A stretch of DNA of 64,000 nucleotides from Patescibacteria group bacterium (GTDB taxonomy: Bacteria > Patescibacteriota > Microgenomatia > UBA1400 > UBA1449): assembly GCA_050942955.1 (NCBI GenBank), contig JBMNOG010000001.1:68347-132346 (forward strand). The letters are read 5' to 3'. Below the pieces are notes generated by a model. It searched no databases, was not told where the DNA came from, and saw only the letters and a list, made by a program, of their open reading frames with translations. The translations under genes were made by a program, and so were the position numbers. Positions 10,242 to 21,330 of this stretch are shown piece by piece (within the stretch, counting starts at the first letter, position 1; each line of letters opens with the position of its first letter).

Positions 10242-12869
10242 ATGGCAGATCAGGAAAACGGCAATAACGAATCAGTACAACTGCAAGAACTGGGAAAGCA
10301 GACCCGGTACGGTACAGTAATTCCTACATCAATTACCCAGGAAATGGAAAAGTCTTATTTAGACTATGCTATGAGTGTTATTGTTTCCAGAGCTTTACCA
10401 GATGTAAGAGACGGACTAAAACCTGTTCACCGTCGTATCCTCTTTGCCATGAAAGAGCTGGGACTGACCTCAAAAGCCTCATACAAAAAGTCAGCTAGAA
10501 TTGTGGGAGAGGTTTTAGGTAAGTACCACCCTCATGGAGATCAGGCTGTGTATCAAACTCTGGTAAGACTAGCCCAAGATTTCTCCATGCGCTATCCGCT
10601 AGTTGACGGCCAGGGTAACTTCGGTTCGGTTGATGGAGACAGCGCCGCCGCCATGAGATATACCGAGGCAAGACTAGCTAAAATTTCTGATGAACTATTG
10701 CTGGATCTGGACAAAGAAACGGTTAACTTTGTTGATAACTTCGATGGCTCTCAGCAAGAGCCTGAAGTTCTACCAGCAAAACTTCCTAATCTTCTCCTCA
10801 TGGGATCGGATGGTATTGCTGTCGGTATGGCTACCAAAATCCCACCCCACAACTTGGGAGAGGTTATTGATGCTATTAATGAATTAATTAATAAAAGTAC
10901 TACTCAAGAAACCAATGTTGATCCTAAAAATATTGAAAGTGTTGATCCAAATTCTTTAACCGGAGGCTTCCAGTCAACAGCCACAATCGAAGAGCTTATG
11001 AAGCATATCAAGGGACCTGATTTCCCAACAGGAGCCAACATTTTTAACCCTAAAGACATTAAAGAGGCATATTTGACAGGTAAAGGCAGAATTGTGGTTA
11101 GAGCTACAACCGAAATTGTTGAAAAAAATGGTAGAAATTACATTATTGTCTCCGAAATTCCGTACCAAGTTAACAAGGCAAAGCTGATTGTTGATATTGC
11201 CAGATTAGTCCGAGACAAAAAGATCATCGGCATTTCAGATATTAGGGATGAGTCTGACCGCAAAGGGATGCAGATTGTAATTGAGCTCAAAAAAGGTACC
11301 AGAGCTAAAGCTATTCTAAACAATCTTTATAAGCACACTGATTTACAGAATACATTCCCGGCAAATATGGTGGCTTTAGTTGACGGCACACCTCAACTTT
11401 GCAACTTAAAGATCATTCTTAACGAGTACACAAAGCATCGTCAGTTAGTTGTAGTCAGAAGAAGTCAGCATGAACTTAAAGCCGCCAAACTTCGAGCACA
11501 TATTTTAGAAGGATTAAAAATTGCCCTCGACAATCTTGATGAGGTTATCAAAACTATTCGCGGTTCCAAAGATACAGACGATGCCAGAACAAACTTAATG
11601 ACTAAGTTCGGCTTAACTGAAATCCAAGCTAACGCTATTTTGGATATGCAGCTGCGCAGATTATCAGCTCTTGAGAGACAAAAGATTGAGGATGAATATA
11701 AACAACTTATGCAAACAATTGAAGACTTAACCAGTCTTCTGCTCCATCCTAGAAAAATTTTGGATGTCATAGTCAAGGAACTCGCCGAGCTTAAAGAATT
11801 TTATGGAGATAAACGACGCACCAAGATTAAGGGTAGTCTTGAAAATATCTCTGAAGAGGACCTGGTACCTAACACTCCCGTACTAATTACTGTTACTAAG
11901 TCGGGGTACGTTAAACGCTCTCCAAGGTCAAGTTTCCGCACCCAAAGAAGAGGTGGTATGGGAGTTAGTAGTATGTCCACAAAGGCTGAAGATGAGATTG
12001 CCTTCTTAATTTCTGCAAACAACCATGATGAAGTTCTCTTCTTCACTAATAAAGGAAAAGTGTATAACGTCAAGGCTTTTGATATCCCCGAAGGATCGAG
12101 ACAAGCTAAAGGACAGGCAGTGGTTAATCTTATTAATATTGATTCTAGCGAAACAGTCAGATCAATTATTGCTTTGCCGGAAATATCCAAAAATGCAGGC
12201 TACCTTGTTATGGCTACAAAAAAAGGGCTTATCAAAAAAACTTCCCTGGATAAGTTTGCCAAGATTAAGGTTAGCGGCTTAACCAGTATAAAACTGGATA
12301 AAAACGACCAGTTAATTGATGTTCAAACCACTTCGGGTGATGATGAGATTTTTATGATTTCCTACCATGGAAAAGCTATCCGCTTCTCAGAAAAAGACGT
12401 TAGGCCCATGGGCAGAGCAACTAAGGGAGTAAAAGGTATTGCTCTCAAGCCAGGTGATTATGTAGTTACAATGGAAACCTACCCTTCTAAAGAAAATCGT
12501 CCCGGGGATGGAAGAAAACGCTATTTCAGAGACCTGATGGTAGCAACAGAAAACGGAATTGGTAAGCGTACCCCAGTCAAACTCTTCCCTCTTCATAAAA
12601 GAGCCGGTGTAGGTGTAAAAATTGCCAAGCTTACCAGTAAAACCGGAAATATTGCAGCCGCAGAGATTGTTACCCCGGAAATTGAACAGATTGTAATTAC
12701 TACCAAGAGAGCTCAAATTATCAAGTTGCCTCTGAAAAATATCAAACAGCTAGGCCGCAACACTCAGGGCATTATTTTAATACGCTTTAATAAGGATAGC
12801 GATTGCATTGCAGACATGACATGCATTGGTGGTGATGAAAGCGAAGAACAACCGCAGGAAAAACAGTAG
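10242..12869 (+). CDS. gyrA: DNA gyrase subunit A
   Basis: [29 protein letters not shown] with the active-site Tyr region, plus C-terminal beta-pinwheel repeats. Confidence 0.95.
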   Translation: MADQENGNNESVQLQELGKQTRYGTVIPTSITQEMEKSYLDYAMSVIVSRALPDVRDGLKPVHRRILFAMKELGLTSKASYKKSARIVGEVLGKYHPHGDQAVYQTLVRLAQDFSMRYPLVDGQGNFGSVDGDSAAAMRYTEARLAKISDELLLDLDKETVNFVDNFDGSQQEPEVLPAKLPNLLLMGSDGIAVGMATKIPPHNLGEVIDAINELINKSTTQETNVDPKNIESVDPNSLTGGFQSTATIEELMKHIKGPDFPTGANIFNPKDIKEAYLTGKGRIVVRATTEIVEKNGRNYIIVSEIPYQVNKAKLIVDIARLVRDKKIIGISDIRDESDRKGMQIVIELKKGTRAKAILNNLYKHTDLQNTFPANMVALVDGTPQLCNLKIILNEYTKHRQLVVVRRSQHELKAAKLRAHILEGLKIALDNLDEVIKTIRGSKDTDDARTNLMTKFGLTEIQANAILDMQLRRLSALERQKIEDEYKQLMQTIEDLTSLLLHPRKILDVIVKELAELKEFYGDKRRTKIKGSLENISEEDLVPNTPVLITVTKSGYVKRSPRSSFRTQRRGGMGVSSMSTKAEDEIAFLISANNHDEVLFFTNKGKVYNVKAFDIPEGSRQAKGQAVVNLINIDSSETVRSIIALPEISKNAGYLVMATKKGLIKKTSLDKFAKIKVSGLTSIKLDKNDQLIDVQTTSGDDEIFMISYHGKAIRFSEKDVRPMGRATKGVKGIALKPGDYVVTMETYPSKENRPGDGRKRYFRDLMVATENGIGKRTPVKLFPLHKRAGVGVKIAKLTSKTGNIAAAEIVTPEIEQIVITTKRAQIIKLPLKNIKQLGRNTQGIILIRFNKDSDCIADMTCIGGDESEEQPQEKQ

Positions 12870-12917
12870 TAGCAGTTTCCCTGCAAGTTCAGTCTTTATG
12901 AAACAGGAGGTTTACCT

Positions 12918-13940
12918 ATGCTTGGTACACTCAAATTCCTCCTCTCCCTAGCCATCGTTCTAAGTCACGCCCATATTTATCTGAAAGTTCCGGGTTTTAC
13001 CTGGTTTCACCATGGAGTAGCGGCGGTTATTGGTTTTTATATTCTTTCAGGTTATATTACAAAATTTACTCTCGATAAAAAGTACCACTACAATAATACA
13101 AAAATTTTCTATCTTGATAGATTTATCAGAATTTTCCCTCAATACTATTTTTACCTTATAGCTGCTTTTCTTTTTTTAATCGTTACCGGCTATATTCCGC
13201 TTCATATTACTTTATCAAATGTTGCAACTAACCTCTTAGTTTTCCCCATTAATCTTGACCACATTGTAAGTGTCAGTTTTTTTGAAAAATCATATGACGC
13301 CCTTATTCCACCTACCTGGTATCTGGGCACAGAACTTCAGTTTTATCTTTTGGCTCCGATACTTTTCCGATATCCAAAAATTAAAAATATCGCCTTGGGA
13401 CTAGCTTTCATCACTTTTCTCCTGGCAGCCTTTGGAATCATTGATACTCGGCTTTACGGATCCCGCTTACTACCCACTGTACTTCTTTTTTACATTACCG
13501 GAGAAATCCTCTACAACCTCCATATTAAAAGACAGATAAGTTCCAACCGCCTCTACCTTATCATTTCTTGGGTAACCGCAGTGATCATTTTCTTATTTCT
13601 TAAAGACCAGGGGAAAATCCAATTGGCATACAATGGTCCAGTTCTTCTCGGTTATATCTTTCTAATGCCTTTAAGCTACCTGCTAATATCTTTATCAATC
13701 AGGTCAAAAGTTGATGATTTTTTAGGAAAAGTTTCATACGGAGTTTATCTAAACCATTTCCTCCTACTCTGGGTTTTTGACTATTTCAAATTCTTCCCGA
13801 ATAGCCAATCTTTAAAAATCGCCTCTATCCTTATAGCTTCATGTACCTTAAGCTGTTTTAGCTACTGGCTGATTGAACAAAACTTAAGTTTTGTTAGAAC
13901 AAAGATTAGAAAGCTGGCTGCAAAACATACCAAAGTCTAA
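12918..13940 (+). CDS. Polytopic membrane protein, probably acyltransferase-3 family (OafA-like)
   Basis: About 10 predicted TM helices. LKFLLSLAIVLSHAHIY and the later His/Tyr-rich loops resemble Acyl_transf_3. Weak call. Confidence 0.5.
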   Translation: MLGTLKFLLSLAIVLSHAHIYLKVPGFTWFHHGVAAVIGFYILSGYITKFTLDKKYHYNNTKIFYLDRFIRIFPQYYFYLIAAFLFLIVTGYIPLHITLSNVATNLLVFPINLDHIVSVSFFEKSYDALIPPTWYLGTELQFYLLAPILFRYPKIKNIALGLAFITFLLAAFGIIDTRLYGSRLLPTVLLFYITGEILYNLHIKRQISSNRLYLIISWVTAVIIFLFLKDQGKIQLAYNGPVLLGYIFLMPLSYLLISLSIRSKVDDFLGKVSYGVYLNHFLLLWVFDYFKFFPNSQSLKIASILIASCTLSCFSYWLIEQNLSFVRTKIRKLAAKHTKV

Positions 13941-14125
13941 CAAAAATCTTCTTCTCACATTCATTCCACACTTTTGACAACATCCATTATTTAAAACTGG
14001 ATTAAACTATAACTATGTATTACTTAATGTATAGAAGTGCTTATTTTGCCTCTCATAATACTTACCTCTATTACTATTGTCATTTTTAGCTGATAAATCA
14101 AGAGGAAATGGTTTAGAAGATGGTT

Positions 14126-15079
14126 TTAGTCGCTTTCATTCTGGCTATGGAACTTTTCATGGACTTTTTTGAGTTGCGCATTAGTGATGTGAGTATAAAT
14201 TTGGGTAGTTGCAATATTTTTGTGCCCCAGCATTTCCTGAACGCTGCGAAGGTCGGCACCGTTAGTCAGCAAATCGGTAGCAAATGAATGCCTTAATGTA
14301 TGGGTAGTTGCATCTACCGGAAGCCTGGCTCGCCGCACATACTTTTTAACAATTCTTTGTACAGTCCTAGAAGTTAGTCTCATTTTCTCCCCGTCATCAT
14401 CTTCATCTTTTCCTCGAGAATACCGGATAAAAAGAGGCCGCCACATATCCTCTCGCTGGGATAGATACCTATCTACCCAACCAGCTGCCCGTTGGGATAA
14501 AAATACCACTCTGGGTCTACGCCCTTTACCGATAACACCAAACTCGCGGGTTTCAAGATTTACTTGGTCGCGATTAAGACTAGTTAATTCCGAGACACGC
14601 AAACCAGTTGAAAATAAAACTTCCAAAAGAGCTTTGTCTCTTAAACCAATTTCTGAAGAAATTTTTGGCTGGGACAGAAGTAATTCCACTTGGTCGCTAT
14701 TCAAAAACTTAAGTGAGCGTGATTCTCCCTTCGGCAATTCAATTTTCTCAGGAGCTAACACTTTGTAATCCTGCTTAATAAGCCATTTCAAAAAAGACCG
14801 TAAGGCAATAATATAAAAACCCTGAGTTGTTCGCTTTAATGGCAGACCGTTTTCGTCGGTAAACCGGCTAAGAAATAGTCTATAAGACCTGATTGTAGGA
14901 AGATCAATATTTTCTATTGATATATCATCTTTTTTCTTATCGTAAATCCAGTCAGAGAAACGTTTGAGATAGATACGATAGTTACGAATAGTGAGAGGAG
15001 AGGAGTTCTTCTCAAGTTCTAAGTACTCGAGAAACTGCTGTATCAAATGTGTAATATTAGAGGTAGACATTTCTAGCAC
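14126..15079 (-). CDS. Site-specific tyrosine recombinase, XerC/XerD/phage-integrase family
   Basis: LRHSFATDLLTNGADLRSVQEMLGHKNIATTQIYTHI carries the R..HxxR..Y catalytic block. There is an N-terminal SAM-like core-binding domain. Confidence 0.85.
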   Translation of the reverse strand: MLEMSTSNITHLIQQFLEYLELEKNSSPLTIRNYRIYLKRFSDWIYDKKKDDISIENIDLPTIRSYRLFLSRFTDENGLPLKRTTQGFYIIALRSFLKWLIKQDYKVLAPEKIELPKGESRSLKFLNSDQVELLLSQPKISSEIGLRDKALLEVLFSTGLRVSELTSLNRDQVNLETREFGVIGKGRRPRVVFLSQRAAGWVDRYLSQREDMWRPLFIRYSRGKDEDDDGEKMRLTSRTVQRIVKKYVRRARLPVDATTHTLRHSFATDLLTNGADLRSVQEMLGHKNIATTQIYTHITNAQLKKVHEKFHSQNESD

Positions 15080-15140
15080 TCACCTTTTTAGGCTGACAGG
15101 ATGAATAGTCATTTTTTTTTACTGTATCATCAATATTTTC

Positions 15141-15162
15141 TATCTCCTATTAAATAGGAGAG
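15141..15162. repeat. Inverted repeat (tatctcctatt aaa taggagag), 25-60 nt upstream of the recombinase start
   Basis: Direct reading. ctatctcctat and ataggagaggg are imperfect inverted arms. A T9 run follows immediately at 15112-15120. Confidence 0.4.
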
Positions 15163-16529
15163 GGGATAGGGGAAAGTCCCAGATACTAATCTGTTAATTC
15201 CTGTAAAAAAGAATTATTTTTTCAACTAATTTTATTTACTAGTCGAAACACAATTTCGGGCTAACGGTTTTATTTAATAAAATACACTTTTGCGCTAATA
15301 ATATTGTACGACATATAAAGAGCAAATTGCAATAAACACTACCACGTTTCTTAAGATAACTTAAACTGCAACCATGCTTAGCGAACCCTTCTGTTGTAAG
15401 CATCCAAAAAAATCTAAGTACATTGAAACAAAGCAGAAATCTTACAAACAATAGGGAAAAACAAATTAATATACGAGCAAAAGCTCAATTTTCATAGGTC
15501 TTAATATCTTAATTAGTTGATATATCAGTATATTAACTTGAGCATCAAATACATGACTTCATTAGAGCCATTCTAACGAACGAAAATTACTTAAATATAC
15601 ATTTATACTATGTAAAAAATAATCAAAACAGGGGAGAAATTAGTAATTGCCCATATTTTCGTAAGTAGCATTCAGGAAACCGAGATTTACGGGTTTTTGT
15701 ACAAAAATTTTTAAATGATGCATAATTTTAAAGGGAGGTAAACGCTTTTTTCAAGATATGGACAGCAAATATTTAAAAATGTATAGGCAACGTATTGAAA
15801 ACATTAAGTAACATTGTCTTACAAAAAGGCCCCTCCTCCGTTATTCTTGGCCCATGTCGCTTAAGTTATATTGTGCGACACTGTAAACAACATCCCTATT
15901 TTCTTTTTATATGTATAGAAAGAGTGGAGCTAACCCCTGCTTGCAATTAATTTGTATGTAAATATGTTTCTTTCTTTCCCTACTAATAGATATATACAGT
16001 GCTTTTTCTCCTGTCATAAGAAGCCTCTTAGTTTTTCCACATAGAAAAGTAGAGGCTATACTGGAAGATGGGGATCGAGAAAGGTAGTAATCGTACAAAC
16101 TATATCATTACCTCTATTAGAATGGACGAATATTTTCCCAAAGGTAGCAACTTCATTAAGAAGGTGCTAAAAAATTGCAATACCTCTACTCTGTTTCCGT
16201 GAAAACCTATAATATTTCCGTGAAAATAACCCAGTATATTTACTATGGGATATATACTGGTGACATATTTCCCCTACTTCACCTCTGTGTGCACAGGTTT
16301 TCTACCTCTACTCCTCTGTTACAATGAGTATTTATACCTAAGAAACCCACCAGTTGTCTCTGAGAAATATTATTTTTAGTATGTTAATATGAAACACTAC
16401 TTCTCTTTCCTATTATATTATAGGATAATATAACGACTCCGCTCTGTTTACGTTTCTTTCTGAAAAAAGGTTACCAAAGCTGAAGAATTGTCTATTTCAG
16501 ATAAATGCTCGCAACATTTCTTAATGCTT

Positions 16530-17363
16530 CTACCCACCCCATCTACTGGCAAAAAAAACAACTATCAAAACTATGATTCCTACCTGCACGTATTCACGGA
16601 TTGTCTGTTTGAATAACCGACCCACCATTGCTTGCTGGGTAATTCCTAAGCCAACATAAAGAGCTGTAACTAAAAAGAGAGAGGCAATGATAATAGTTAC
16701 CGGCCACATACTGATAAAAAAGGCTGCTTGTCCCAAAACCCAAGATAATGCTAACGCATAACTTACAATTTCCCGAGTTAACTCTTCTTTGAGATTTGCC
16801 GACCAAATTCCTTGAAGAATAATTGGAAAAGAAGCTCCAGTAACCAACAAAGCATTAAACCAAGGACTAAGACGAAACGAAAAAATGCTATCAAACAATA
16901 AGAAGGCAATTACTAAAGAGAAAACAAACCCTAAAGCCTGGGCAGCTCTAAGAAGCTGAATAGTTCTTAGAGCTGCTACAGAAAAGATATTCTCCGTAAG
17001 GAGCAATGCATACATACCTACAGCAAAAAGAACAAAAAGAACTAGTCTAATAAAAATTCTCTCAGGTAGAAGAAAGTAAAACAGATTTACTGAGGCAGTG
17101 AAAAGCGTAGGTAAGATAAGGATCATAAACCGAGCCGCTTTTCGCGCATCTTCTTTTAAACTCCATGCTGTTAAAACTGTAGTTAGAAGACTAAGAATAC
17201 CGATTAATATGTAGTGATTGAGATCATGTAAAGACTGGGCTCCAAGTAATCCACCAGAAAGCAATAGAGAAATAAATACAAACTTTTTTCTTTTTGAAAA
17301 AGTGAATCCCTTAAACCTTCTTCGCATTGTGGTAGATGCTCTGAACATCATCATAGTCATCAA
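16530..17363 (-). CDS. Hypothetical polytopic membrane protein; the annotated start overlaps yebC, so the real start is probably downstream
   Basis: Seven or more hydrophobic segments. I recognise no motif. Confidence 0.4.
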   Translation of the reverse strand: MMTMMMFRASTTMRRRFKGFTFSKRKKFVFISLLLSGGLLGAQSLHDLNHYILIGILSLLTTVLTAWSLKEDARKAARFMILILPTLFTASVNLFYFLLPERIFIRLVLFVLFAVGMYALLLTENIFSVAALRTIQLLRAAQALGFVFSLVIAFLLFDSIFSFRLSPWFNALLVTGASFPIILQGIWSANLKEELTREIVSYALALSWVLGQAAFFISMWPVTIIIASLFLVTALYVGLGITQQAMVGRLFKQTIREYVQVGIIVLIVVFFASRWGG

Positions 17364-18042
17364 TTATATCCAGAAACTTAGAAAAGTGTTCGTACTCTTT
17401 GTCAGCTAATTCAATTAAGGTATTCGGCACCATAGCTACATCGGCCTCTTGCACTTCAAGACCACTATTCGCAATTGCCTCAGCCACCGCGTGGGTATTG
17501 CTGGCATCTACTATTACCTGAAGTTGTCCATTGCCCATTTCTTTAAAATCATCAGCACCCATATCTATAAGTTCTAACTGCAACTCTTCCACATCTTTTC
17601 CCTGAGGAATCTTTAGAGTAATAAGACCTTTTCGATCAAAGAAATAGTTAGTAGAACCAATTGAACCAAGCACTCCACCATTTTTATCAAATAAACTTTT
17701 AATTTCAGAGTTAGTCCGGTTACGATTGTCTGTAACGCATTCAATCATCAAAGCCACTTTTCCAGGTCCAAAACCTTCATACATAACCTCTTCAAAAGAT
17801 GCCCCCTCTACCCTGCCCGCACCGCGGTCAATTGCCCGCTGGATATTTTCCTTAGGCATATTGTAAAACTTAGCTTTCTCCACCATTAAACGCAATTTAG
17901 CATTAGTTTCTGGATCGTCGCCCCCACCTTCACGCACAGCAATAGCAATAGCTTTAGCATACCTGGAAAAGAGTTTGCCTCTTTTGGCATCTGCTACTCC
18001 TTTATCATGTTTGATAGTTGACCATTTTGAGTGACCTGACAT
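17311..18042 (-). CDS. yebC: YebC/PmpR family probable transcriptional regulator
   Basis: MSGHSKWSTIKHDKGVADAKRGKLFSRYAKAI... Confidence 0.9.
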   Translation of the reverse strand: MSGHSKWSTIKHDKGVADAKRGKLFSRYAKAIAIAVREGGGDDPETNAKLRLMVEKAKFYNMPKENIQRAIDRGAGRVEGASFEEVMYEGFGPGKVALMIECVTDNRNRTNSEIKSLFDKNGGVLGSIGSTNYFFDRKGLITLKIPQGKDVEELQLELIDMGADDFKEMGNGQLQVIVDASNTHAVAEAIANSGLEVQEADVAMVPNTLIELADKEYEHFSKFLDIIDDYDDVQSIYHNAKKV

Positions 18043-18185
18043 ATATCTAAATTAATTTATCTTTATAATACAATGTATTTTAACACTTTCCCCAAATTTT
18101 TCTTTCTGATTCTGACAACTGGAATTTCTAAAGTGTATGATATCACTCTTGACAAGATTAACCAAACTAAGTATTTTGTTCTACA

Positions 18186-18809
18186 ATGACACTGTCCGCT
18201 TTAGCTATCCAAAAAGCACTTAATACTGAATGGGAAGAAGCTGTTACACTAAACGAACAGATCCTAGCTGAGGATCCCCAAAACATCGATGCCCTCAACA
18301 GACTTGCTCAAGCATACATCCATCTTAAAGAACTTGAAAAGGCTAATGATATCTATCAACAAGTACTAAGAATTGATCCTTTTAATCCTATTGCCCAACG
18401 CAATATAGTTAAACTCAAAACTCTTTCTGCAAAAGGGCTAACCTTGGAAATCACTCCTACTAAACCTTTCAACTTTATTGAGGAGCCTGGAAAAACAAAG
18501 ATTATCTCTCTTGTCCGCTTGGGAGAACGCTTGGTACTTTCCAGTCTTCAACCTTGTTTAGCGCTTGACTTGCATGTCCGAAGTCAAGCGGTATGTCTTT
18601 ACTACAAGAAAAGTTACGTTGGTAGACTCCCGGATGACATTGGGAAAAGACTGATCTGGTTATGTAAGCGAGACAATAAATATGCAGCTTTTGTTAAGTC
18701 TGTTGAAAAAGACCGAGTAAGCGTGTTCATTAAAGAAACGAAGCGAAGTTCTAAGAACAAAAACTACCACTCATTCACAAATAGTGACAAAAACTCTCAA
18801 GCAAGTTAG
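18186..18809 (+). CDS. TPR-repeat protein
   Basis: ALNRLAQAYIHLKELEKANDIYQQVLRIDPFNPIA forms TPR units. The C-terminal half is not recognisable. Confidence 0.6.
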   Translation: MTLSALAIQKALNTEWEEAVTLNEQILAEDPQNIDALNRLAQAYIHLKELEKANDIYQQVLRIDPFNPIAQRNIVKLKTLSAKGLTLEITPTKPFNFIEEPGKTKIISLVRLGERLVLSSLQPCLALDLHVRSQAVCLYYKKSYVGRLPDDIGKRLIWLCKRDNKYAAFVKSVEKDRVSVFIKETKRSSKNKNYHSFTNSDKNSQAS

Positions 18810-18821
18810 GGTACCTTCTCA

Positions 18822-19823
18822 TTATTTTCTCCGATAGTACTTATTCCAAAAATCTTCACCAACAACTAAAACTACATCTGCTCTATCGTGAAGCCCACTC
18901 TTAGTTTCAATAGGTAAGCTAAAGTAGTTTGCAAACTTTTGTAAAGAAGCTGAACTCTCTAAAGAACGGACTGAGATAAAAGAATTGGTATAGGACTTTT
19001 GCGCTTGACGTACCCCAATAACATCAAATCCAGAATTAGCCACTATCCGCTTAACACTGTTTGCCAAGCCAAAATGGTTGGTGCCGTTGAATACTTCCCA
19101 GGTTAGATTTTGGTTTAAGAAACTAGGGTTAGCTAGTTCTCTCAGAATGACCTCGTCAAGGAGATTTAGGTCAGGAACATATACTTCACTACCATCTGGC
19201 AGGGTTTCAAGCTGAAAGGCTTTTGTATCAGCAAAACTAATCACCTCTACCCCATTGCTTCTTATATTTATCACATAAGAAAAAAGCCGTAAAAGATCCC
19301 AGGTAGTCAAGTTTGTTTTTGCACCACTGTAGAACGATTGCAAGACAAGTGTTTTAAGATCCCCTACTCTTCCATTTGCATCTGTAATGTATCCATCTGT
19401 AGTGCTTCCTAAAAACTGAGTCATACTAACAGCAAGAAATTTCCCAAAGTCAATATTCTCCTGTTTGGCTAACATCTTCACCTTGTCACTACGGTACTCT
19501 TCGTATCCGTAGGCAAGAGCAACCATCGCGTTGGGTGGCATAGTAAAAATTGTTACTTCCTCAAATTCAGGATTGATCTTGATGTACCCTAACGTATTCT
19601 CCTGCTCAAAAGCCAGAGTTAGTTGACTCTTACCATCCCAAATTGAGTGTTTCACTTCTTGCCAAAAATGGTACCCCAAAAAAAACGCCATAAGTACGAT
19701 AAGTGGCAGAAGAAAACAGCCACCTTTTTCAGTTAGCCTTCTCCAGGTTTTAAAGTTTACCCGCTTTCTCGGTAGGGCCGCGGATTGCTTTCTCCTTTTT
19801 GTTCTTCGAGAGAAAAATGACAT
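18822..19823 (-). CDS. LytR-CpsA-Psr (LCP) family protein
   Basis: Basic N-terminal tail followed by a TM segment, an LCP-like core (YIKINPEF...VALAYGY...FLGSTTDGYI) and a LytR_C-like tail (NGTNHFGLANSVKRIVANSGFDV). Confidence 0.7.
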   Translation of the reverse strand: MSFFSRRTKRRKQSAALPRKRVNFKTWRRLTEKGGCFLLPLIVLMAFFLGYHFWQEVKHSIWDGKSQLTLAFEQENTLGYIKINPEFEEVTIFTMPPNAMVALAYGYEEYRSDKVKMLAKQENIDFGKFLAVSMTQFLGSTTDGYITDANGRVGDLKTLVLQSFYSGAKTNLTTWDLLRLFSYVINIRSNGVEVISFADTKAFQLETLPDGSEVYVPDLNLLDEVILRELANPSFLNQNLTWEVFNGTNHFGLANSVKRIVANSGFDVIGVRQAQKSYTNSFISVRSLESSASLQKFANYFSLPIETKSGLHDRADVVLVVGEDFWNKYYRRK

Positions 19824-19923
19824 ATTTCCATCATAACAAAAAATAACTAAAAGACTTTAATAAGTTTTTTTTACTAAACTCCAACTAGTCTTTTAACTTG
19901 AGGTATTTTATAGTAGTAAAAGA

Positions 19924-21159
19924 ATGTTCTTTCTCGAAAATCTTTCACCAGAACAACAGGAACAAGCCCGTTCTAACCTGGAAAATGCAGGACTGCCTTC
20001 TTCCAGATACTACATACTTACTACTTTAGGAATCATTATTGCCACCTTTGGCCTTATTCTGAATAGTCCGGCCATTGTTATTGGAGCTATGCTGGTTGCC
20101 CCCTTAATGCTACCGATTCTACTTTTATCGTTATCTATAGTTACAGGGAGAACCAGGCTTCTTTTTAAAACTTTAGAGAGTCTCGTTAAAGGCATTGTTT
20201 TGTCCGTTATTATCTCTACGTTTATTACTCTTCTGGTGCCAATCTATGAAATCCCCTCAGAAGTTCTTGCTAGAGCACAGCCGGCAATCCTTGATATGTT
20301 TATTGCACTGGCAGCCGGAGCTGCTGCTATGTATGCCATGATTAAAAAGGACTCCGCGACTCTTCCGGGAGTAGCTGTTTCTGTTTCTCTTATGCCTCCT
20401 CTCTCTGCTTTGGGTATAGGACTGGCTATGAGAAATATCAGTATTGCTGCAGGTGCAGGTCTTCTATTTCTAACAAACTTAGTAGCTATTGTTTTTTCTG
20501 GAGCCATCATTCTACTTTTGTTTAAGTTTAAACCTTATGCAAAAACCAGAGAGGGAGTACTGAAACAAGGTGCTATTATTAATGTAGTTCTTATTGCTAT
20601 CTTAAGCATTATCTTGACTTCTTCGTTTGTCAAAGTCTCTGCCACAGAGAAACAGAAACATGCTGTAAAAGACGAACTTTCACGCCAGCTTCAAGCACTA
20701 GAAAAAGGTGAACTTGAATCTTTTACAATTGAAAACAGACACGGGCAGCTGCAAATTTCTGCACGCATACTCTCATCAACCAACCTCACAGCTGAAGATA
20801 TGGAAATACTAACTAATGCTTTGGCTTTTAGGTTAGAAAAGTCAGTAAACCTCCAGGCTACTGTCATTCCCATCCTTTTGGGAGGAAAGATTCTCCCTCC
20901 AAGTGAAGTAGAAAAGATCAGGCAGGAAAAACTTCTTAATCCTTCACTGGAAAATAAAGCGCCTTTGGCTTCGCTCTCAGCCCAACTTTATATGGCCCCA
21001 ATGGAACCTATCACTACTGATGAGAAAGAGGCTACAAATGCTGCAGAAAGTATTGATGAGAAAGGGTTGTTTATTGCTACCCCATCATCTCAAAAAGCCG
21101 CCTCTTCATCAGCAGACACTTTTAGTGATACTATTAAGGTATATGAAGAAAAAGACTAA
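19924..21159 (+). CDS. DUF389/TIGR00341-like membrane protein
   Basis: ILTTLGIIIATFGLILNSPAIVIGAMLVAPLMLPIL, repeated in a second half (SALGIGLAMRNISIAAGAGLLFLTNLVAIVFSGAI). Confidence 0.55.
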   Translation: MFFLENLSPEQQEQARSNLENAGLPSSRYYILTTLGIIIATFGLILNSPAIVIGAMLVAPLMLPILLLSLSIVTGRTRLLFKTLESLVKGIVLSVIISTFITLLVPIYEIPSEVLARAQPAILDMFIALAAGAAAMYAMIKKDSATLPGVAVSVSLMPPLSALGIGLAMRNISIAAGAGLLFLTNLVAIVFSGAIILLLFKFKPYAKTREGVLKQGAIINVVLIAILSIILTSSFVKVSATEKQKHAVKDELSRQLQALEKGELESFTIENRHGQLQISARILSSTNLTAEDMEILTNALAFRLEKSVNLQATVIPILLGGKILPPSEVEKIRQEKLLNPSLENKAPLASLSAQLYMAPMEPITTDEKEATNAAESIDEKGLFIATPSSQKAASSSADTFSDTIKVYEEKD

Positions 21160-21330
21160 TTACATAAGTAAAGATGCTGAATTTATCATTCTTCTACTAC
21201 TGGGAATTTTTATATTGATAGCCACTACAGCCAGCGGTTTTTGGGCCAGTCACTCATTAGTCTCAAGAGAAAATAGAATTAAAAATCCTGAGATACTTTT
21301 TCAAACATTAGCACAACTGGAAACCGCTAA

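Noticed and set aside
16194-16226. Assigning the TTTCCGTGAAAA direct repeats as a XerS-type difSL site
   Set aside because: The resemblance to difSL, which has a TTTCCGAAAAA-like arm, is from memory only. The two copies here are direct rather than inverted. I kept it as a hypothesis inside the Xer finding, not as a feature.
15080-16530. CRISPR array or rRNA/large structured RNA in the gene desert
   Set aside because: There is no regularly spaced repeat-spacer periodicity. The composition is AT-rich and low-complexity, without GC-rich helices. The partial GGAAAGTCC word at 15170 resembles the RNase P P4 strand, but none of the other conserved RNase P blocks follow.
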